Positions 55,101 to 64,000 of a DNA stretch of 64,000 bases are shown piece by piece (positions within the stretch are counted from its first letter, which is position 1; each line of letters begins with the position of its first letter). This DNA comes from the human T2T-CHM13v2.0 reference genome, Homo sapiens: NCBI RefSeq assembly GCF_009914755.1, contig NC_060929.1. One strand, 5' to 3'. Position numbers and translations under genes: made by a program. The notes under the pieces were generated by a model. The model saw nothing but the letters and a program-made list of their open reading frames with translations, did no database searches and was not told where the DNA came from.

Positions 55101-55879
55101 CAAGAATAAAAAAAAAAGAGTTTCATAGAGTGAACTTATTTGTAACCTTTCACTAACATACATCACCCTTATAATCCTAGAGCAACCAAAGCAGGAATGA
55201 GACCATTGTTTCCATTTTTAACATTAGCATTATACATGTTACTATCTCCAATAACCAAAATCACACACTATTCCAAAACAGATTTCCACTAAGAAGACAT
55301 TTCTGGAAATCACTGAACAATGACAGCCATTACCAAAACATAATTATTTCTAAATTTTCCATAGCTATTTTTTTTCATTCACAAAATAGACTGGTTCATT
55401 TATGCTGCCGAATCTTATGATACTTGTGCACCTTTATCTCTTTGATATCATTCAAATTCATTGGATGGTAAAGCACTTACTGAACTGAAATCAGGATCCA
55501 AGGTCAAAAATATTTTTGAAATACAGGAAGAACATTTATATATTTTTTTTATTATTGGGCTTCCCAGAGCCAACAGCGCATTGTACTACTTTCTGTGCGT
55601 TGTTAATTTCCAAGAGGAGCTACACTGCTATGAAGTGCCTTCCGAATATATTTGACCAAAGAACTTTTATTGTTTTTATAAAATATGTATTAACATCTCT
55701 TGCAAAATGAGGATTTGGCAGAACTCTGTTAAAGAAATAACACGCAAGAGAGTAATGGTTCTCAGTGCTCCACATCTCAGCCACCCCCTGGGCTATCAGC
55801 AAATTGGTGCCAGAGACTGCATCTTTGCTGTCACTTTACACCTTGCAGTTCCTTCTATATAAAGAAAATTCCCTTGTGA

Positions 55880-56080
55880 CTCTCTATCACAGCCTCCACT
55901 CATTCAATCTTAGCACTTCACTCTCTACAATATTATTTGTGTGCACTAATTTATCATATTCCATGTCCCCCTGCTAGGCATGTGTAAGCACCATGCAGGT
56001 AGAGATGTCTATTTTGCACACTGCTGTCTACCCAGCACTAGAGGAGGTCCTGGCATTCAGTAAATATTTGAAATAATGAA
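55880..56080 (+). mobile_element. L2 3' end
   Basis: tgtccccctgctag..tgtaagcaccatg.aggtagaga..tgtct...cccagcac...cagtaaatatttgaaataatgaa. Confidence 0.75.
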
Positions 56081-57097
56081 GGACTCCTGCAGAAGATGTG
56101 GTTAATATTTTGTCAGTTCAGTATAATTCAATATGTGTGTGTGTGTAGACTGACTCAATCAAACCACCAGACAGTCTATCAGTCCCAGAATGGAAATGCT
56201 CTGTTTGTGTGAAAATATGCAGGTTGCGCTATCATATTAACGAAGCTTTGTTTTTTGGCTTTGACTATACTTACAAACATAAATATTTTAATTATGTATT
56301 ACATTCATTATACCACATATAATCTTTTTAGAGAAAGCAGAGTAGAGAAAAAAATATCAATAAACTGAATGCATCATTGCTACTATTTCCTCTGCAACCT
56401 GGGTCATTATATATTGTTCATGCCTGCCTCACATATATTGGTGACAAGGTTGATTAAAAGATGCTATATCAAAGGATATGAGGCTTAGAAGCAAAGAAGA
56501 AGTGTGTATTAATATTAGTTTTTCTTTTTAATAGGTCTCTATTGGGTAATTCTTTGTGAAGATATGCATGGTAACAATTGGTTAGGTTGGATTATGTAGC
56601 AGAAATGAGGGATGTTAGGTATGTTATATAGCATGCACATTGCAGTATTTCACAGCAAACAGCAGTCCTGGAGGCCAGTAGCTACTGATTCAACTGAGCA
56701 ATAAAGCAAATCTCATATGTTAACCACCAACCCTCTGACAAGCCATGCCTGCCATGAACCGTGGGTGAGAAATGTGGTCATGCTTCTAAACCAATTATTC
56801 TAATCAAGGCTTTGATTCAGCGTGCTCAAAACGGAGAAGATTGGCCAGGGAATTTCCCATTTAAGAAAGAATGTTGATCAGTATGAATCTGATGCTTATC
56901 TTTAAGGATAAGATATCACACATAATGACACAATAAAATATATTCTACTCTAAGAAACTTAAATATATGAATGAAGTTTCTGAAAGAGATTTTTTTTATT
57001 CCGTTCAGCCATCTTGTATCTTTCCTCTTTTCCCTCTGTTTATCAACCCTTGAAAATGGGAATGCTATGATATTTAATGTTTACTTCTATGAAAATA

Positions 57098-57576
57098 ATA
57101 TTAGTCAGTGTTTTCCAGGGAAACAGAATCAATTTATTATGACACTTGGCCTATCCAATGACGGAGGCTGAGAATTTCCAACAGCTGCTGTCTACACACT
57201 GAAGAACCAGGAAAGCTCGTGGTGTAAATCAGTTCGTGTCCAAAGGCTGGAGAAGCGGGGGAGCCAGTGGTCTAAGCCCTAAAGTGCAAAGACCCAAGAA
57301 CCAGGAGCTGCAATGCCTGAGGATAGGAACAGATGGATGTCCCAGCACAGAAAGAGAGAATTCAGTCTTCCTCCATCTTTTTGTTCACTTTGGGCCCACA
57401 ACAAATTAAATGGTGCCTTCCTACACTGGTGAGGATGAATCTTCTTTTCTTAGTCCACTGATTCAAATCCTAATCTCGTTCATAAACACCCTCCCAGACT
57501 CACCCAGAAATAATATTTTCCAGCTATTTCGGCATCCCTTACCCCAGTTAGGGTGACACCTAACATTACCATCACA
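57098..57576 (-). mobile_element. MLT2B-like ERVL solo LTR
   Basis: tattagtcagtgttttccagggaaacagaa...agatggatgtcccagc...ctgattcaaatcctaatctc...aacaccctc...attaccatcaca. Confidence 0.9.
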
Positions 57577-58994
57577 CTTGTAAATCCTATAACATTGCTT
57601 CTATACAAGCACTTCAGTGAAAATTATCAATGTTGCTATGTCAAGCATTTCACATAGGTAATGATACCCTAAGAGGCCAAATTTTCCCATTCACCATATT
57701 AGTATTTTTAAATGATTTTAGTGATTGGATGATAAAGATAAGAACTTCTCAATAATGCAGACAGACTCTGAGGAGTGATGAGTCATTATAGGACCACTAT
57801 AACCCAATCAAGAGGGCAATCTAGTGACTTACAGCATCATTTGCCCCTTGAAGGCACGGCTGCTTGGAAGTTTGGGCTTGGCTTTCTTTTTTGGTCTTAT
57901 CAAGCTGACCAGGCACAGTCCTTGAGTGCCTTTATGGTGTGTATCCATTTAAAACTGAGCAATACCACTACTGGCCAGAATTTTTGGTAGATCTCTGCTG
58001 TAATCAATGCTACTACAGAAGGCTAAGACCAGGAAAGTGGTACTGAGAAAGGGAACATCTCATTCAGCTGGACACAAAATGAATCGATCAGTAGAGGAGA
58101 AAGGGAATGCACAGAAGATAAATGCAATAGTTTTTTCAACTTCTTTGCCTTCTGTCACGTTGAAGAAACAAGGCAGACTTAATGTAATTCCTCTGCCTGG
58201 ATGAACCTGTTCATGGTTTAGACTCTCTGCACTTTTTTCTCTTTAACTTAGCTGATCAGAGATATGTCCACTCAGTGCTATAGCTATGCCTCAAATGTTA
58301 TGTCTCTCCCACACCAGTGAAGTAGACCTCCAACATAATTATACATTTCTTACACTTAAAAATCAAGATCATCAATAAATTTGCAGTTAAAAAATTAGAA
58401 CTTATTAAAATAAGTTACCATAATTCACTTTCAAAAACAATGTCACTGAATTATAAATGAACACATTATAAAGTATGTTATAGATAAGTAAACCCTTGAG
58501 AAAATGTTTGTGTTATAAAGATAATATTTTCATATCCTAATGTCTCCATTGACAGTATGTGTATTTTTAAAAATAATTTTACTGGTGGGATGGCAAATTT
58601 ACCAGTTGGATAGGCTCAATAGCCCATTTGAGTTTTACATAGGCTGACATAGACTTTATGAATTCTGTTTGAGAAATTTGGTTTGTCAAATCGTAGCATG
58701 TGTCCTCATCCATTTAAATGCCAATTGAATAATGCCATCGTCCACATGTATAGTTACCATTAAATTATCTGCACAAGATTACATACTCTTAATAAACATT
58801 GACATTTAAAAATGAATGTCTTGATGTTTTTAAGACATTCAAAAATAATTAAAAGTTTTGTAGCCTCCTTCCTTTTCATATCACTGAAACAAATGTGAAT
58901 TATTTTACAAGGAGAGAAAAAACAGTGGGTCAAGTAGCAACAGGTATTCTGGTACTTAGATAAGGATTCCAGATGCCCTGGTTCTTGACAAACT

Positions 58995-59041
58995 GTTTTT
59001 GTTTTGTTTTGTTTTGTTATGTTGTGTTGTGTTGTGTTTGT
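58995..59041. repeat. (TTTTG)n grading into (TTGTG)n
   Basis: Directly visible. Confidence 0.85.
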
Positions 59042-59495
59042 CTAAGATTTGGTTTTTCTTGACCTCAAATATTTTCTCTACAGACACTTATGGGCAATGG
59101 ATTTGAAAGAAAGTGCATTGTCCCAAGAGGAAGTTCTCTTCCAAGAGCAATATTTCAAAGATATGTGTACAGCTTTGTAAATGTCCATATTAGCATTTTA
59201 GCTTAAAAGGAATACAACGTTTCACAAACCACTGACATAATCTCAGCATTTTTCTAAAATTACATATGACCTATACCTTCATAAAAGCCAATAAAAATTT
59301 GTTCAATTACTACCCCCAAAAAAAGTTGTGTGCTGCTGGAATCAACAAGGTTTGGGAAATTATGACTAATTTGTTAAGAATCAATTCAAACATATTTTAG
59401 CCCTCTGTTAATATAAATACCAAATACAGACATAATATTAATAATTTATGCCTACAGTTTCACAACCCTTATACCAGGCTACTATTATTTGTTAA

Positions 59496-59595
59496 ATATA
59501 TATATATATATATATAAAACATATATATATAAAAAAGTGTGTATATATATAACATATGTGTATAAATATAACTTATGTGTATATATACACATATT
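59496..59595. repeat. (TA)n-rich microsatellite
   Basis: Directly visible. Confidence 0.9.
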
Positions 59596-60451
59596 CCTTG
59601 AAAAATTATAGAAACTAAGAGACATAAATATGTACATATCCTTTCACTTCATGTGTGAACCCACGTTTACAGAGCATTTTGGCATTAATGGCATAGATTT
59701 CACTTTCTTCCAAGCCAAGGGGGTTCAAATTCTTCTTCCAAGTAAAGGAGCCTTCTGATTTCAGTTAAGGTTTGTGATTGCCCTTGGAAACGTCCAATGG
59801 GCTGCAGGAAACCAAGTGGTATTGTCACGATGGTTGGTCCTGCTCAGCATGAAGTGAAGAAAGAGGGATGGAGAAGGCATGGCCAACACAGTGCTCCATA
59901 ACATTCAAAAATGTATTGTTGATCTTCTCTCCATCGTTATCCAACCTACAGATCCTTATTCTCACCACTCTTTGTATTGCTCTTACACTTTCATGCTACA
60001 GCAAATGCATATTCTACTCTTTTGTCCTTCTTTCCTGCCAACTGTTTCTAAGGACTTGTTGGACACTCCTTGGCTCTTAGGATAACCTTGAAGATGGGAG
60101 AACTTATTGAACATGATTAGAAGGATCCTTGATACTCAAGAATGTTGGCTGTAACATAAGAGGACATTCAGCCTTCTCAAGTAACAATAACAACTAATAT
60201 TCTCTTAGAATTTCTTATGGGCCTGGTGAGCTAAGGTTCTCTTTGAAACCTCAAAACAATTTAAGAGATAAAAACTATTCATGCATCCCTTTATTCATTC
60301 AAAGGAATGAAGGCAAGTACTCCTGACTTACCAGTATCATGCTACCTGCAAGGTATGCTATGATAAACAAAAGATCCATTACAGTGCCTTTACAGAACTC
60401 ACAGAAAAACAGTTCCACATATAAAGCAACAGAATTGTGATTTTAAACTTA

Positions 60452-60815
60452 TGATATGGTTTGGATGTGTCCCCACCCAAATCTCATCTTGAATTATAGC
60501 TCCCATGATTCCTACATGTCATGGGAGGGACCCAGTGGGAGGTAATTGAATCATGGAGGCGGGTCTTTCCCATACTCTTCTCGTGAAAGTGAGTAAGTTT
60601 TATGAGATCTGATGGTTTTATAAATGGGAGTTTCCCTGCACATGCCCTTTTGCCTGCCACCATGTAAGACATGACTTTGGTCCTCATTGGCCTTCTGCCA
60701 TTATTGTGAGACCTCCCTAGCCTTCTGGAACTGTGAGTCAATTAAACCTCTTCCCTTTATAAATTTCCCAGTCTCGAGTATGTCTTTATTAGCAGCCTGA
60801 GAACAAACTAATACA
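60452..60815 (+). mobile_element. THE1B/THE1C solo LTR
   Basis: tgatatggtttggatgtgtccccacccaaatctcatcttgaatt...gaactgtgagtcaattaaacctc...actaataca. Confidence 0.96.
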
Positions 60816-60984
60816 CTTTACATCCTCTCAACTACTAAGATGCATGGCCTTAACCACATATCCCACTAAGGGACATACAAAGCTGTCCATGTCCTTTTCT
60901 AGCTAAATAATTGATCAGATGTTGAACCTTTAAGCCAAAGATCCTCATTCAAAGCCCTCCATTGGGTAGTTATAAATTTTGTTC

Positions 60985-61098
60985 GTCACTGTAACCTTGG
61001 GGAAAGCACTTGTTCTCTCAGAGACCCAATTTCCCAATTCAAAAATGACCTTGCATGATTAGGTGATCTTTGAGTCCCTTCCAGCTGTGGAATTTTAA
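60985..61098 (+). mobile_element. MIR/MIR3 fragment
   Basis: ctgtaaccttgggga...caatttccc...ggtgatctttgagtcccttccagct. Confidence 0.55.
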
Positions 61099-61607
61099 AT
61101 TTCTTGATGGAAATTGGTTCTACATAACAGATGGGCCCAGCAAGATTTTTAGGTTAAGCAACCTATGAAATATGGCCTGTCCATTCACAGCTAAGGACAT
61201 GGGCAAAGTAGGGTAGTTTAGCAGGATAATGGGGTCAGTGAAAAAAGGAGCTCATTCTATGACACAATTTTCTTTTATAATACAATTCTGTCCTTGATAC
61301 TGGGCATGCATTTTGATGACCATTGCCCACTACAGCACTATATTCTCAAATGGTTAGAATCCTCTGCTATTTTTAAGGTAGGGAAAGAGAGAGAGAGAAT
61401 TAGGAGAGAGTAGCAGAGATGTGATGAGAACAGAGATAGGCCAAGGAGCCCACCTAGTGAATTACATAAACACAGAAATGCAAGAGTACAGAGAATGGGT
61501 AGAGAGTTAGAAACCAAAGGGAGTGTCAATAACATTAAAAGATTCCTCTTTAATCGTTTTTGTGGATGTAGGATTTCCGAGCTGAAGAGTATTTGGAAGA
61601 TTCATAT

Positions 61608-61795
61608 GTTATGGAAAATGCATAGACTGAATTAAGATAGACCTAGGTTTGGGGCAAAGCTATATGACCTTAAAATTCTGTTTTAATTTAACTTAGCCTC
61701 CATTTTAATATCTAGAAAATGGGAATAATAATACCCATTTGAAATTTAAATAGACATTGTATATAAAAAAATGACATTCAGAGGCATTCACAGAT
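61608..61795 (+). mobile_element. MIR SINE
   Basis: agatagacctaggttt...gctatatgacctt...gcctccatttt..tatctagaaaatgggaataataatacc. Confidence 0.75.
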
Positions 61796-62679
61796 GAGGT
61801 TCCCACCTGCCTTTTGCTTAGAAAACTGCAAATCAAAGAGATTAAGTCATTTTCCCAAGATTCCACAGCTAGTGTTAGAGTCAACTTACTAGAAAAAAAA
61901 AAAAAAAAGAGAAAGAATGTTTTTCTACCTTCCTACTAGTCTGCTTTTTCCTTTCTTTTCCTTCTCAAATTAAGATCCTTTCCTCATTGTAGAAAGCCAA
62001 GAGTGTTAAAGGTACTAATCTAAACCTTGTACTAAATAATAAGTTTATTCAAAACTTTATCCACTACTATTCCTACCTCACATACTTGCATTTATGTTCC
62101 TTGCATCTGTTTGGTGTTCTTCATGAAGTTTGAAACAAAGGCATATAGGACCAAATAACGAATTAACCAACTCAGTATCCATTGGCACTATCATTTCTTT
62201 AAAATTTTTTACAAATGCTTAATGACATTACTAAGGGTCAAATGTTTTAACCTAACCCCTTTATGAACTTGTCCACATTCATGACTTATACTATAATTTC
62301 TATTATTCAAAGGGCATATTTCTATAATACATTTCCGAGAAACCTTAACCAAGCATACTATCTTTGCATAGAGCCAAACGCTCTATATGTGGGATACAGT
62401 AAACTTAAGAGATGTTTTACAAGGCTAACCCTTATGAAAAGAGATTTTTTTATGGATTTGGATTTATTATTGGAGATTCCCTGTACCAAAACTCTGTCCT
62501 ATTCCACAAATAAACACAGAAGCCACTAAAAATGAATGTCACTAACTCACAACTCCCAAACCGACAAACATTCTTAAACCCACTTTTCCTTCTTACCATG
62601 AAATCAATATTGTATCCTGATATAACATGAATCCTGCCACCCATGATTTCCATGTCTTCACCTTTGTTCACTTAGGTCC

Positions 62680-64000
62680 CTGGCTTGGTCATTTATAGCT
62701 TCTCTCTTTAGTATAATCAATGTGTTTCTCTCTACTGTCTCCTTTCTGTTCGCCTCTAGACACACAGATGTCTCCCATCTTAGAAAACCTTTCCCTGTTC
62801 CCCTATCCAGCTACTGTCTTATCTCCACCCTCTCCTTCAGAGCCAACTACCTTGAAATATCTTTTTATATTTTCTGTTTTATTTTATCCACTTCATATGT
62901 ACTCTTCAATTCACATCACTCTTACTTCTCCCCCTACCACTTTCTAAAGCATTTGCCTGTGTCCACTTTCGATAAATCTATTAGAGGCTTTTACTCTTTA
63001 TGTGACCTCACAGCAGGATTTTTTCACTAACGGCTACTTCTACTGTTTTTGAAATATTCTCTTTTCTATCACTTTTAGGTCATCATAACCTATGATTGTT
63101 GCTGCTGTCATTTCTAATAGTATTAGTAGTAATAGCAATAGCATATGATGACTTCTGAACCCCCCTTTCTAACCCAAATCTTTCCAATGAACCTGAGTCT
63201 GGAACTTACTTTTCACATCCACCCTAAACTAATCCAGTTCAGAACTTACCTCCTCCCCTTCAACACTTCCTCAGAATGTTCTCCTCCTCTTACACTCCTT
63301 GGCTCAGTGAACAGTGTCACAGTCCACTTCTTAGCACAAAGCATAAACTCAATGTCACTCTTTACCATTTTTCTTCACTTTCTACGTCCAACTAATCAAA
63401 TTCTGTTGATTATACTTCTGTCATGCATTTTTAATTCACTTATTAATCTCTATCCCCACTAACATTCTTCTAGCTCAGTGCACTACCATCTATTGCCTTG
63501 ACATACTCACCAGTCTCTTAACTGAAATTCGACGTTAGTCTCATTCCTTCTAAAACATAAATCCAACTATATTGCTCCCCTAGTTAAAATCAGCAATGCT
63601 CATAGGCTCAAGTCCATCTCTCCATCCCTTCTCAGCCTATCTCATTTTCATTCTTTGGATTTTAGTTTAGATGTCACTAAGGTCTGGATCAGGTTCTTTC
63701 TCATATGCACCCACAGCATCCTAGCTTCTACATTTTTTCTGTGACATAGCAATGACACTTGTAATTGTCAGTTTGCCTGCTTATAATCCTAAGAAACCAA
63801 GATTCAGAAGGATGGAGCTGGTCTATCTTGCTTTTGCCATATTTTCAGCATTCATCTCAGAAGCGAGCACAGAAGTTCTCTCCACCAAAATGTCTGCTAT
63901 ATTGCACCTCCTCCCAAGGAATCAACTTTTCCTTTGTTGAAACTGCCCAAGCTTTTCACTTTAACCACACTTTCCCCTGACACACTGCTTGCCTTGCCAA
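62680..64000 (+). mobile_element. L2 (diverged, pyrimidine-rich sense strand)
   Basis: tgacctcacagcaggattt; ctcagtgaacagtgtcacagtccac; ctaatcaaattctgttgatt; tgctcccctagttaaaa; cccaagcttttcac. Confidence 0.65.

Overview
AT-rich, CpG-poor primate (human or great-ape-like) non-coding DNA, either intronic or intergenic. It is dominated by interspersed repeats: L1s of several ages, six near-full-length Alus, long L2 and MIR relics, MaLR/ERVL/ERV1 solo LTRs, hAT/Tigger MITEs and microsatellites. I recognise no host protein-coding exon, RNA gene or CpG island. The only ORFs with recognisable homology are L1 ORF1/ORF2 remnants, and the rest of the ORF track looks like chance. I found no evidence for a new multi-gene system. 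The most noteworthy structures are: (i) an L1 3'-transduction with a perfect 18-bp TSD (51870-52153); (ii) a 46-bp-arm fold-back palindrome fused to a compound TAGA/TACA STR (49509-49744); (iii) a micro-Alu insertion carrying a templated inverted duplication (2421-2502); (iv) a very young AluY with an 11-nt deletion and an A43 tail; (v) a ~36-bp motif occurring twice in unique DNA; and (vi) two candidate non-coding exons. Subfamily names come from recalled consensus sequences and boundaries of old repeats are approximate; both need RepeatMasker/Dfam confirmation.
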